A stretch of 64,000 bases of DNA from Octopus sinensis (taxonomy: Eukaryota): contig NC_043020.1 in NCBI RefSeq assembly GCF_006345805.1, positions 12,958,001 through 13,022,000 of the forward strand, in the 5' to 3' direction. Shown here in pieces: positions 24,304 through 37,393 of the stretch. The position numbers and the translations under genes were made by a program. The notes beneath the pieces were generated by a model. The model worked only from the letters and a program-made list of their open reading frames with translations, was not told the origin of the DNA and ran no database searches. Numbering within the stretch: the first letter of the stretch is position 1; every line of letters begins with the position of its first letter.

Positions 24304-25478
24304 CTCTTACTCTCTTTTACTCTTTTACTTGTTTCAGTCATTTGACTGCGGCCATGCTGGAGCACCGCCTTTAGTCGATCAAATCGACCCCGGAACTTAT
24401 TCTTTGTAAGCCCAGTACTTATTCTATCGGTCTCTTTTGCCGAACCGCTAAATGGCGGGGACGTAGACACACCAGCATCGGTTGTCAAGCAATGCTAGGG
24501 GGACAAACGCAGACACACAAACACACATATATATATATATATATATACATACATATATATGACAGGCTTCTTTCAGTTTCCGTCTACCAAATCCACTCTC
24601 AAGGCATTGGTCGGCCCGGGGCTATAGCAGAAGACACTTGCCCAAGATGCCACGCAGTGGGACTGAACCCGCAACCATGTGGTTGGTTAGCAAGCTACTT
24701 ACCACACAGCCACTCCTGCGCCTATATATATACATACATTTGCAAAAAATTATTTTGCATTCTTTTTTTAATGTAAATAGTTGTTTTTGTTAGAATTAAG
24801 GTTGTGCATATGCAAATGTGAAATATATCAAACTATTGGCATCATTTGTGTTTGTGTGTTTTCATATTTGGCATTGAATTTCAGTTGGTCCAATTTCCAT
24901 ATGTTTTCAGGTATTCTATTTATAGTTTTACTAGTTTCAATTAAAGGGCTGATCATCATCAATGGAAATTGTATCAACATCAATGGAAATTGTAGCTGTG
25001 ATACCAGTGCCGGTGGCACATAAGAGAACCATCTGAACGTGGCCGTTTCCAGCACCGCCCTGACTGGCCTCCGTGCTGGTGGCATGTAAAAAGCACCATC
25101 CGTTCGTGGCTGTTGCCAGCCTCGCCTGGCCTCCGTGCCAGTGGTACATAAAAAGCACCATCCGATCGTGGCTGTTGCCAGCCTCGCCTGGCCTCCGTGC
25201 CAGTGGTACGTAAAAAGCACCATCCGATCGTGGCTGTTGCCAGCCTCGCCTGGCCTCCGTGCCAGTGGCACGTAAAAAGCACCATCCGATCGTGGCCGTT
25301 GCCAGCCTCGTCTGGCACGTAAAAAGCACCCACTACACTCACGGAGTGGTTGGCGTTAGGAAGGGCATCCAGCCATAGAAACATTGCCAGATCAGACTGG
25401 GCCTGGTGCAGCCTTCTTGCTTCCCAGACCCCAGTTGAACCGTCCAACCCATGCTAGCATGGAAAACGGACGCTAAAC

Positions 25479-25515
<37 letters not shown>

Positions 25516-26608
25516 TTGCCATTCTTTAACCCATTAGCATTTAAACTGGCTATATCCAGTGCAACTATTCTGCCCATTTTATGATCAAACAAACTAGACC
25601 CGGCCTTTCACATCATCATCATCATCATCAAGATTTAACATCTGTTTTCCATGCAGGCATGACAGGAATTGGTAAGATCAGAAACTGCACCAGGTTCCAT
25701 AATCTGCTTTGGCATAGTTTCTACAGTTGGATGCCCTTCTAAATGACAACCACACCACAGACTGTACTGGGTGCTTTTAACATGACACCATCACCAGTGC
25801 TAGAACTCATACCAATGCTATCCTAAAATGGCATTCTTAAATATATACTCAATCGAAATTGAATTCAAAATTGAACCAAATTTGACAACTGGCACCCATG
25901 CCAACCTCCCTTCATTAGAAATATTAAACTCTGCTTGCAAAGACCTGTTGGGGCAAGTGAAATCGAAATTGAACCAAATTCGATGACTTGCACCCGTGCC
26001 AGGGGAGCGCTAACAGCTCCATCTGAGCGGATTCACTGCCAGAGCAGCTATCTGGCTTCTGTGCCGGTGGCACATAAAAAGCACCATTTGAACGTGATCG
26101 TTACCAGTGTCACCTTACTGGCACTTGTGCTGGTGGCACGTGAACAAAACATTTGAGCGAGGTCATTACCAGTGCCGCTGGACTGGCTCCTGTGCAGGTG
26201 GCACGTAAAAAACACCATTTCGAGCGTGGCCGTTACCAGTACCGCCTGACTGGCCTTGTGGCAGTGGCACATAAAAGCACCCACTACACTCTTGGAGTGG
26301 TTGGCATTAGGAAGGGCATCCAGCTGTAGAAACTCTGCCAGATCAGATTGGAGCCTGGCGCAGCCATCTGGTTTGCCAGTCCTCAGTCAAATCATCCAAC
26401 CGATGCTAGCATGGAAAGTGGACGTTAAATGATGATGATGATGATGAGGAGGATGATGATACTCACATCATCAAAATTCCATAGCTACAAGATAATGCAT
26501 AATTGATAGAAAGCAATGGGAGTAAGCAAGCAGTACATTTGATGGAGTAGTCTGAAGGCTGAAGGGTTAATGTTAGCAATGTCACGAAGTATAACAAGTG
26601 TTACTCAC

Positions 26609-26772
26609 CAGGATATTTATGTTGTGATGGATGGAAGAGTGAGAAAGCCATAATGTCTGAATCTATATTGATGAGACGGGAACTATTTCTGCCCCTCAGG
26701 TCACTAACTATAAGTTGTTTTTCACTGTTGAGCCAGACAAAACGGTAGCTGAAGTATTGTAGCTGATTCATT
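26609..26772 (-). CDS. ROS1: ROS1 exon: MNQLQYFSYRFVWLNSEKQLIVSDLRG...FHPSQHKYP
   Basis: Acceptor ctctttgcag|, donor G|gtgagt; phase 2 to 1; 164 nt; preceded by a 96-nt intron. Confidence 0.88.
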
Positions 26773-26868
26773 CTGCAAAGAGACAGAACAAAATCATTTC
26801 TAACTTCAGTACAGAAATTTAAGGGGACAGGTTCAAGTGATTATATTGGCCTCTTAATTGGTGCTTAC

Positions 26869-27200
26869 CTGCTCTCTAGATCAATTATTTTCGGTGGCCC
26901 TTTGGAAAATTGAGTCTTATAACCAACCATACCAGCCATAAAGAGCCTGGCTCCAGTACTTGTTGGCAGGATCCAGTAAAGAATGTATGAATCCATATCA
27001 ATTGTCATGGCTATGATGGTTTCTTCTTGGAATGGTTTTTCGTAATATTCTTTGATGTTCATACCATTTAGGTGTGACGCACGCACACTATATTTTGTGT
27101 TCCAGTAAAAGACCCCTTTCAAGGAATCAATACATAAGTCGTATGCTACGTCACTATTGATGCTCTCCACTTTTGATGGTCTCTTATTGAGTCGGCAGAT
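26869..27200 (-). CDS. ROS1: ROS1 exon: ICRLNKRPSKVE...DLCIDSLKGVFYWNTKYSVRASHLNG...IDMDSYILYW...IIDLES
   Basis: Acceptor cattttcag|, donor AG|gtaagc; phase 0 to 2; 332 nt. Confidence 0.92.
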
Positions 27201-27364
27201 CTGAAAATGAAAACAATTGTCAAATCAAAGAGAAGAAAAAAATTCACTGATTCAGGAGATTTTGGTATTTTTATAACATTTAATGAGGGATGGGGGAAGA
27301 AGGGGGAAGAGAAGAAGCAACAATGTCTGTAATCTTTGGAAGCCCACTCAAACTTTATGATGGT

Positions 27365-27448
<84 letters not shown>

Positions 27449-27452
27449 AAGA

Positions 27453-27710
27453 AACAATTCCTATTATAGTAGGTGCATTAGGCATGATAAAAAAATATTC
27501 AGACAAATACATAACAAAAACACCAGGACTTACAAACACATATAACATACAGAAAATTGCACTACTAGGCACTGCACACATCCTACGCAGAACACTTTCC
27601 ATACAATAACCATCAGAGCATCACAACAAATCACAGCACATACCCAAGGCACACAGAGCTGTGCTCGGTAGTGAAGTGAAAGCACGCTATAAAAATAAAA
27701 CTACTGAATG
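27453..27710 (+). mobile_element. 3' end of an RLE-type (Dong/R4-like) non-LTR retrotransposon
   Basis: Reads IPIIVGALGMIKK...NIQKIALLGTAHILRRTLSIQ*, then a 3' UTR; flanked by (AAT)n. Confidence 0.75.
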
Positions 27711-27919
27711 ATAATAATAATAATAATAATAATGATGATAATAATTCGTTCATTCATTTATTGGCCACAAGGGCTAACAAAAATCAATTAAAACATTAAG
27801 GGATAACACACAGGACAAAAGTTACAAAGGGTTTTGTCCATTTGAAAAAGTCTGTGTACAAAACCAGGATAACAACGAAATATAAGTAACAATTAAAATT
27901 CCCAGTAGGGGGAGGCGCT

Positions 27920-28497
27920 TAATAATAAATGCTCTGATGCAGTACCAGGCAGTGGCTCTCATGGCTTCTGATCTTAACTGGTTGGAAGTGTTATCATGTA
28001 CATTGTTTTGTCTTGGTATAAAAGATGGGTTACAGCAAATATTCTGCTCAATACTACAGATTTGCTTGTCAGTTGTTTGACCATAACCAGTTGAGCATGT
28101 CCCTTACTGGCTGACGATATGTGCAGCTCTGATCACAAACAGAAGTAGTGGGGGATCATCATAGCCGTGTGTTGAGAGGGATTCTTTGGGGTTTGAATAA
28201 TTCACCTCTGGAAACATGGGTGGTTCTTTCAACATCCTTAAACAATACTAATTCAGGGACCTTTTGAGCGGGATGGGCTACTCAACCTGAAGAAAATTCT
28301 AACTGAGCCCCACCTGCAAGGTCATGTGTTGTTTATCTTGATATGAGATCACCATGTCGTGCACATATGGTTGTGATGCATGTGCCTGGTGTACCCTTAT
28401 CAGACGTGTAGTCATGATGGGTATACTGGGCTTCGTACATTTTACCCCAGTGTCACTTTGATGGCATGCACTGCTCTCTCACTCAATAATAATAATA
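27920..28497 (+). mobile_element. Interspersed ~500-560 bp repeat ending in (AAT)n; second copy at 60757-61240
   Basis: Two collinear copies (CATTGTTTTGTCTTGGTATAAAAGATGG...GCACTGCTCTCTCACTCAATAATAAT). Confidence 0.8.
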
Positions 28498-28908
28498 ATA
28501 ACACACACACATATGGGCTTCTTTCAGTTTCCGTCTACCAAATCCACTCACAAGGCTTTGGTTGGCCCGAGGCTATAGTAGAAGACACTTGCCCAAGGTG
28601 TCATGCAGAGGGACTGAACCCGGAACCATGTGGTTCGTAAGCAAGCTACTTACCACACAGCTACTCCTACAATGATAATAATGATAACAGTTTCTTTTGA
28701 TGGAGCAGAGAGGAAAAAAAAAGGAAGATGGAGGAGGAGAAAAGAGGAGGAGGGAGCAGTAGGAGAAAACTGTAGGAGGAGAAAGGAGAAAAGAAGAGGA
28801 GGAGGAGGGGAGAAGGGAGGAAGGGAGAAAGAAGACAAAGAGGAAGTGGGAAGAGGAGAGAGGAGAGGAGAGAGAGAGAGAGAGAGGAGAAGGAGAGCGA
28901 GCGAAGGA

Positions 28909-28944
<36 letters not shown>

Positions 28945-28954
28945 TTTCACTTAC

Positions 28955-29091
28955 GCCACATCTTCTGTTAGACCAGTAAACAACCTTTGATAACCAGTCA
29001 TATGCTATAGTCAAGGGATTTACTGCTTTCATTTTCCCTACCAGTTTGAAAGGGGTTCCCGAAACATGAGGGTAGTTGACGGAGAATCTCA
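28955..29091 (-). CDS. ROS1: ROS1 exon: VRFSVNYPHVSG...TIAYDWLSKVVYWSNRRCG
   Basis: Acceptor tgtttctgcag|, donor GGC|gtaagt; phase 1 to 0; 137 nt. Confidence 0.88.
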
Positions 29092-29654
29092 CTGCAGAAA
29101 CAATAAAAGACAAAAAAAACAGTTGACATTGTATTTCCATTTGTTTGAAATATTTTATTGATCACAAAGACTGGCAAACGGCAATGATCAGATGGTACTT
29201 TTTACATGCCACCGGCTCGGAGGCCAGGCAAGGCTGGTAACGGCCACAATCGGATGGTACTTTTTACATGCCACCGGCACGGAGGCCAGGCAAGGCTGGT
29301 AACGGCCACAATCGGATGGTACTTTTTACATGCCACCGGCACGGAGGCCAGGCAAGGCTGGTAACGGCCACAATCGGATGGTACTTTTTACATGCCACCG
29401 GCATGGAGGCCAGACAAGGCTGGTAATGGCCACAATCGGATGGTGCTTTTTACGTGCCACCAGCACAGAGGCCAGTCGGGGCAGTGCTGGCAACAGCCAC
29501 GTTCAGATAGTTCTTTTATGTGCCACCGGCAATATATTTATTTAATTAAATTTTATTTTATCCTTGTGTGCACGTAGGGTATTAATCACCCCCTCCAGTG
29601 CCACTTGATACCCAAGGACAAAAATCATGTTACACAGTGTAATCAGAGATGAAA

Positions 29655-31228
29655 CATCCTAACCTCAGACAATTTTGCCATACACCATCCTAACCTCAGA
29701 CAATTTTGCTATACACCATCCTAACCTCAGACAATTTTGCCATACACCATCCTAACCTCAGACAATTTTGCCATACACCATTCTAACCTCAGACAATTTT
29801 GCCATACACCATCCTAACCTCAGACAATTTTGCCATACACCATCCTAACCTCAGACAATTTTGCCATACACCATCCTAACCTCAGACAATTTTGCCATAC
29901 ACCATCCTAACCTCAGACAATTTTGCCATACACCATCCTAACCTCAGACAATTTTGCCATACACCATCATCCTAACCTCAGACAATTTTGCCATACACCA
30001 TCTTAACCTCAGACAATTTTGTCATACACCATCCTAACCTCAGACAATTTTGCCATACACCATCCTAACCTCAGACAATTTTGCCATACACCATCCTAAC
30101 CTCAGACAATTTTGCCATACACCATCTTAACCTCAGACAATTTTGCCATACACCATCCTAACCTCAGACAATTTTGTCATACACCATCCTAACCTCAGAC
30201 AATTTTGCCATACACCATCTTAACCTCAGACAATTTTGTCATACACCATCCTAACCTCAGACAATTTTGCCATACACCATCCTAACCTCAGACAATTTTG
30301 CCAAACACCATCATCCTAACCTCAGACAATTTTGCCATACACCATCCTAACCTCAGACAATTTTGCCATACACCATCCTAACCTCAGACAATTTTGCCAT
30401 ACACCATCCTAACTTCAGACAATTTTGACATATACCAACCTAACCTCAGACAATTTTGCCATACACCATCTTAACCTCAGACAATTTTGCCATACACCAT
30501 CCTAACCTCAGACAATTTTGCCATACACCATCTTAACCTCAGACAATTTTGCCATACACCATCCTAACCTCAGACAATTTTGCCATACACCATCCTAACC
30601 GCAGACAATTTTGTCATACACCATCCTAACCTCAGACAATTTTGCCAAACACCATCATCCTAACCTCAGACAATTTTGTCATACACCATCCTAACCTCAG
30701 ACAATTTTGTCATACACCATCCTAACCTCAGACAATTTTGCCAAACACCATCATCCTAACCTCAGACAATTTTGTCATACACCATCCTAACCTCAGACAA
30801 TTTTGCCATACACCATCATCCTAACCTCAGACAATTTTGTCATACACCATCCTAACCTCAGACAATTTTGCCAAACACCATCATCCTAACCTCAGACAAT
30901 TTTGTCATACACCATCCTAACCTCAGACAATTTTGTCATACACCATCCTAACCTCAGACAATTTTGCCAAACACCATCATCCTAACCTCAGACAATTTTG
31001 TCATACACCATCCTAACCTCAGACAATTTTGCCATACCACCATCATCCTAACCTCAGACAATTTTGTCATACACCATCCTAACCTCAGACAATTTTGCCA
31101 TACCACCATCATCCTAACCTCAGACATTTTGCCATACACCATCCTAACCTCAGACAATTTTGACATATACCAACCTAACCTCAGACAATTTTGCCATACA
31201 CCATCCTAACCCCCGACAATTTTGCCAT
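29655..31228. repeat. ~1.57-kb 31-bp minisatellite, consensus CATCCTAACCTCAGACAATTTTGCCATACAC
   Basis: About 50 units; 34- and 37-bp variants from CAT/CAC insertions. Confidence 0.97.
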
Positions 31229-31413
31229 ATGTAGGTCGGAAAGTACTCATCTAGAAGTTTCTTTTTACTGACTGAAGAACACCGAAGAAAGTGGTTACTC
31301 TAATTTATGCAAATATATATGCAGAAAATTTGTCAAATTATGAATTTAAAGAAACAATAATATTTGTGAAGACAAAAAAAAACCAACAAATGAAAAAAAA
31401 AACAATAACTTAC

Positions 31414-31548
31414 CTATTTTATGCTTATAGATTCGAAGCGGCCTATCGTTTCCACCATCAAGAAGTTGACCTCGGCGGGTTCGACCATCTAAACCTACTT
31501 GTGCCGTATAGGCTTTCGTATGATATGTGATAATTGGTTTGACATTAT
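31414..31548 (-). CDS. ROS1: ROS1 exon: DNVKPIITYHTKAYTAQVGLDGRTRRGQLLDGGNDRPLRIYKHKI
   Basis: Acceptor ttttatttgtag|, donor G|gtaagt; phase 1 to 1; 135 nt; sequence similarity is weak but position, length and phase fit. Confidence 0.75.
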
Positions 31549-32489
31549 CTACAAATAAAATTGAAGATATAAATATAAACACCCACACACACAACATATA
31601 TATATACTTATATATACTGTGATAGATTTTTATGAGCAGGAGTGGCTGTGTGGCAAGTAGCTTGTTTACCAACCACATGGTTCCAGATTCAGTCCCACTG
31701 CGTGGCACCTTGGGCAAGAGTCTTCTTCTATAGCCTTGTGAGTGGCTTTGGTAGACGGAAACTGAAAGAAGCCCGTCGTATATATGTATATATATATATA
31801 TATATGTGCGTGTATGTTTGTGTCTCTGTGTTTGTCCCCCTAGCATTGCTTGACAACCGATGCTGGTGTGTTTACGTCCCCGTCACTTAGCGGTTCGGCA
31901 AAAGAGACCGATAGAATAAGTACTGGGCTTACAAAGAATAAGTCCCGGGGTCGATTTGCTCGACTAAAGGCGGTGCTCCAGCATGGCCGCAGTCAAATGA
32001 CTGAAACAAGTAAAAGAGTAAAAGAGAATATTCTTTTATTCTTTTACTTGTTCCAGTCATTTGACTATGGCCATGCTGGAGCATCGCCTTTACTTGAACA
32101 AACTGACTCCAGGACTTATTGTTTGTGTAAGCTGAGAACTTATTCTATCGGTCTCTTTTGTCAAGATGCTAAGCTATGGGGATGTAAACACACCAGCATC
32201 GGTTGTCAAGCAATGGTGGAAGGACAAACACAGACACAAATACACAAATACACACACACACATACACACACACAAGCACAAACACACACACACACACACA
32301 AACATGTACAACTGGCTTCTTTCAGTTTCCATCTACCAAATCCACTCACAAGGCTTTGGTCAGCCTGAGGCTATAGTAGAAGACATTTGCCTAAGGTGCC
32401 ATGCAGTGGGACTGAAGCCGGAACCATAAAGCAAATAGAATATCTTGGCTGGATATGGCCAGTTTAAATGCTAAATGGTTAACAGAAGA

Positions 32490-33450
32490 TTCTTATTTTA
32501 TTTCTTTATTGCCCACAAGGGGCTAAACATAGAGGGGACAAACAAGGAGAAACAAAGGGATTAAGTCGATTACATCGACCCCAGTGCGTAACTGGTACTT
32601 AATTTATCGACCCTGAAATGATGAAAGGTAAAGTCGACCTTGGCGGAATTTAAACTCAGAACGTAACAGCAACCGAAATACCTATTTCTTTACTATCCAC
32701 AAGGGGCTAAATACAGAGAGGACAAACAAGGACAGACAAACGGATTAAGTCGATTATATCAACCCCAGTGCGAAACTGGTACTTATTTAATTGATCCCGA
32801 AAGGATGAAAGGCAAAGTAGACCTCAGTGGAATTTGAACTCAGAACATAATGGAAGGTGAAATACCTATTTCTTTATTACCCACAAGGGGCTAAACACGG
32901 AGGGGACAAACAAGGACAGACATAAGTATTAAATCGATTACATCGACCCCAGTGCGTCACTGGTACTTAATTTATCGACCCCGAAAGGATGAAAGGCAAA
33001 GTTGACCTCGGCGGAATTTGAACTCAGAATGTAACGGCAGACAAAATACCTATTTCTTTACTATCCACAAGGGGTTAAACACAGAGGGGACAAACAAGGA
33101 CAGACACACGGATTAAGGCGATTATATCGACCCCAGTATGAAACTGGTACTTATTTAATCGATCCCGAAAGGATGAAAGGCAAAGTCAACCTCGGCGGAA
33201 TTTGAACTCAGAATGTAATGGCAGACAAAATACCTATTTGTTTACTATCCACAAGGGGCTAAACACAGAGGGGACAAACAAGGACAGACATAGGTATTAA
33301 ATCGATTACATCGACCCCAGTGCGTCACTGGTACTTAATTTATTGACCCCGAAAGGATGAAAGGCAAAGTCGACCTCGCACGGAATTTGAACTCAGAACA
33401 TAATGGCAGACGAAATACTGTTAAGCATTTCATCCAGCGTGCTAACGTTT
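32490..33450 (-). mobile_element. SINE S2 with 5 tandem 184-bp body units
   Basis: B-box motif at about 32652, 32836, 33020, 33204 and 33389. Confidence 0.85.
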
Positions 33451-34864
33451 CTGCCAGCTTGCCACTACGAAGATTCCATTTGTTGGATAAAAACACTAGG
33501 GTAAGTCGAATGGCTCGTACAAAAAGTGAACTTGGACTGGTGTTATTTTAACTCAGGAACAGAGTGCTGTTGCTTACTTCTCGGTGGCAACATTCATTTA
33601 TTCATTTACTTGTTTCAGTCATTTGACTGTGGCCATGCTGGAGCACCGCCTTTAGTCGAGGAAATCGACCACCCCAGGACTTATTCTTTGTAAGCCTAGT
33701 ACTTATTCTATCGGTCTCTTTTGCTGAATCGCTAAGTTACAGGGACGTAAACACACTAGCATCGGTTGTCAAGCGATGTTGTGGGAGGGGGGCAAACACA
33801 ACACACAAACATTCAAACATATATATATATACATATATACGACGGGCTTCTTTCAGTTTCAGTCAACCAAATCCACTCACAAGGCTTTAGTCGACTCGAG
33901 GCTATAATAGAAGACACTTGCCCAAGGTGCCATGCAGTGGGACTGAACCCGGAACCATGTGGTTCATAAGCAAGCTACTTACCACACAGCCACTCTTATG
34001 CCTGTATATAACTTCATCAAAATGCACCTAATATTTGCACGGAGCAAACCCCAATACAGCTATCACACAGTCGTTACCATTAGCTTCCATTATATCCACA
34101 AATATATGGAAATGCAGAACAAAGCACTGTGTTTGGAACAACTAATTGTTTCTTATTCTTCACCGTATTAACAAGAATTCTATTGTTTCCTTAGAATTAA
34201 CTTGGACTGTCTCTTCGTACAGATTATTTCCATCAAAGATCACATGCGCTTATCTGTGTTATTTTTATCAAAAGAGACTATTCGATGATACAGGAAAGCG
34301 CTTTCGTTGTTCGTATCAAAGATGTACCAAAGCATGATTGTTCTTGAAGGAAAAGTTCATGTTGAGCAAACATAAAGTGTTTTCTTCTCTCGTGATCTTA
34401 AATTTATATCAACTAATTTAGTTAATTAGTAGAAGCACTAGTTCTTAAAATGATTTTATCTGAAAACAATGGCATGGATATTAAAAGATTAAAACAATGC
34501 TATGAAAACAAACAAAAGGAAAAGGATAAAAGAGAAATTGTGCTTGAAATGGTTAACAGCTTTTTTGTTTTAATACTATCTTCCTGTTTTAGTAAAGTAC
34601 GTTTTTTTTTTTTTGTTGCTGTTGTTGTTGTTGTTATTATTATTATTATTATTCTATGTTTGACTTTTGCTTTATATTTGTACAAGTTGGCTCCAAGTCT
34701 CACCCAGAGACCTCAAGAGACAACAGGTTGGAAGTTTGTGATGTTGTTATGCCTAGTGTGCCATATATTTGGTCTTGTATTTAGTGTTGTACTAGTGAAT
34801 GTCAAAAAAAACGAAAAAAAAACGAAAATTATGTTTGTTTTAAAACTTGAGATTACATAGAAAG

Positions 34865-34916
<52 letters not shown>

Positions 34917-35200
34917 TACTATTATTATTATTATTATTATATTATTATTATTATTATTATCATTATTAATATTTTTACAATGCCAGGTGAAAGACAATTA
35001 TATGGTCTTGACTGGTACATAACTTAATTCACTTAAAAAAGGATAAAAGGCAAATTTGGATTTGGAGGAATTCGAACTCATAGTGTAAAAAAAAAAAGTT
35101 GTACTAGTGAATGTCAAAAAAAAACCCCAAAAAAAACGAAAATTATGTTTGTTTTAAAACTTGAGATTACATAGAAAGTATTTATTATTATTATTATTAC

Positions 35201-35254
<54 letters not shown>

Positions 35255-35404
35255 CATTATTAATATTTTTACAATGCCAGGTGAAAGACAATTACATGGT
35301 CTTGAGTGGTACATGACTTAATTCACTTAAAAAAGGATAAAAGGCAAATTTGGATTTGGAGAAATTCGAACTCATAGTGTAAAAAGAAAAAAAAGCAATG
35401 ACTC

Positions 35405-36190
35405 TTTACATTCTGGTCATCTCCTCACTAAACATTTTGTTGATATCGTGAACAGCTTCAGCTGCTTTCCATCCTTTTTTGAAGTTGAATAGCAAAATTG
35501 CTTGAATATTGTGCTTTGACAGTTCCGTTTCAGATCATTGTAAGAACGTCGAAAAAAAATATCAATGTTATTTCATTGATGTCCCTATTACTCTTTTTAC
35601 TCTTTTACTTGTTACAGTCATGTGACTGTGGCCATGCTGGAGCACTGCCTTTAGTCGAGCAAATCGACCCCAGGATTTATTCTTTGTAAGCCTAGTACTT
35701 ATTCTATCAGCCTGTTTTTGCTGAACAACTAAGTTATGAGGATGCAAATACACCACCATCGTTTGTCAAGAGATGTCTCTTTTGCTGAACTGCTAAGTTA
35801 CGGGGACGTAAACACACCAGCATCGGTTGTCAAGCGATGTTGTCAAGGGGGAGGGACAAACACCGACACACAAACATATACACACACATACACACATATA
35901 TATATACATTTATACAACGGGCTTCTTTCAGTTTCCGTCGACCAAATCCACTCACAAGGCTTTGGTTGTCCGAGGCTATAGTCGAAGACACTTGCCCAAG
36001 GTGCCATGCAGTGAGACTGAACCTGTGGTTCATAAGCAATTTATTTTATCTAGTTTCAGCTCACGAGTTGTGGCCATGCTGGGGCCACCTCCAATTTCAA
36101 AATATATTTTAAAAAATTTAAAACTCTGCAAAAATCTGGTACAAATTTTTCATGGTTCAAAATGTTGTTTACTTTTTACTCAACCTGATA
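35405..36190 (-). mobile_element. Mariner-family transposon fossil (left TIR and transposase N-terminus), interrupted by an S1 SINE
   Basis: TA+TCAGGTTGAGTAAAAAGTAAACAACATTTT TIR-like end at 36190. 35528-35406 reads (T)ELSKHNIQAILLFNFKKGWKAAEAVHDINKMFSEEMT, resembling the mariner HTH region. Confidence 0.72.
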
Positions 36191-36360
36191 TATTCTGGTC
36201 TGCGTGCAGTTGTATTTACTTATTTTGTATGTTTCATTCCCACTGGTTACCAATAAAATAATATTTACTCAATATAATTTGCCCTTAAGCTTTAAAGACA
36301 AAACCGAAATATAGTCAACACATGCTAGTTAACACACGTTAATTAACAAGAAAAAAATAC

Positions 36361-36567
36361 CTTTAAACAATGTACGACCAACAAACTTTTCGGTCCAGGG
36401 GCCATGCTTATTGTCGATATAAGCTCGCATTTTAATTGTATATTTAGTCTCTGGTTTCAAATTTTCGAGTGTGAGGTTGAATCCGTCCAGGTGATATGTT
36501 GCTAGGTTTTTGGCATCTCCTTCTTGGACTGTCATCTCATACTTCCAGCCTCTCCAGCATCCATTTC
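36361..36567 (-). CDS. ROS1: ROS1 exon, FN3 C-half: GNGCWRGWKYEMTVQEG...LKPETKYTIKMRAY..GPWTEKFVGRTLFK
   Basis: Acceptor ttcttgccaag|, donor G|gtattt; phase 1 to 1; 207 nt. Confidence 0.92.
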
Positions 36568-37185
36568 CTTGGCAAGAATAAAATAAGAAATGCACTCAAT
36601 ACAAGTGTTACATCATTGACGTTCTTTAACTTTGAGTTACATACACCTTTGGTTAAGACAGTTCCATTTACAACCATTCTCTCATCTTGTATGTCACAGA
36701 CTACACGAATCACTGTATGAGTAATATGCTCAAGAACAAGATTTGAGGGGAACTTGGCTGCTGTTTCTAGCAGGTCAAATAGTTGAACATCAAACCCTTT
36801 GTAGTGTGTGTGTGTGTTACATGTATTATATTTTGTGAGGGTTGCTGTGTGAAGGGGAAAAGAGAGGTAAAAAATAAAAGTAAGAATTTGCGCTTGCACA
36901 TACACACCCATTGATTTTAGTGGTTGACATTCTCTTTCCTCTGGTTACCATGGAGACAATGACAGGGTTTTTTGAGGATGAATGAAAAGATTTTAATTTT
37001 GCCATTTTTAACTGTTGTCAAATTGGGACTTAATAGCGTCCCATCACACACACACACACACACGCACACATACACACACACATACACATACACACACACA
37101 CAAACACACACATATACACACATACACACACACATACACACACACAAACACACACACACAAACACACACACATACACACACACAT

Positions 37186-37218
<33 letters not shown>

Positions 37219-37362
37219 CACACACACAAACACACACACACAAACACACACACATACACACACACACAAACACACACACATACACACATATACACATCTT
37301 CAACATGCAAACACACTTGCATGTACACACACACATGCATACATGCATGCACATACACACAA

Positions 37363-37393
<31 letters not shown>

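Noticed and set aside
16610-31228. CRISPR-like regular repeats
   Set aside because: The arrays are contiguous tandem units with no unique spacers, the context is eukaryotic, and there are no cas genes.
29092-31413. Suspected missing propeller exon between 31414 and 29091
   Set aside because: Direct joining gives about 81 residues over a span that is about 87 in recalled human ROS1, so no extra exon is required; no candidate with good splice sites was found.
36568-36790. ORF 36537-36911 segment FPSNLVLEHITHTVIRVVCD, which looks FN3-like
   Set aside because: No usable donor before the real acceptor at 36567, and the ROS1 chain is already complete and in phase without it.
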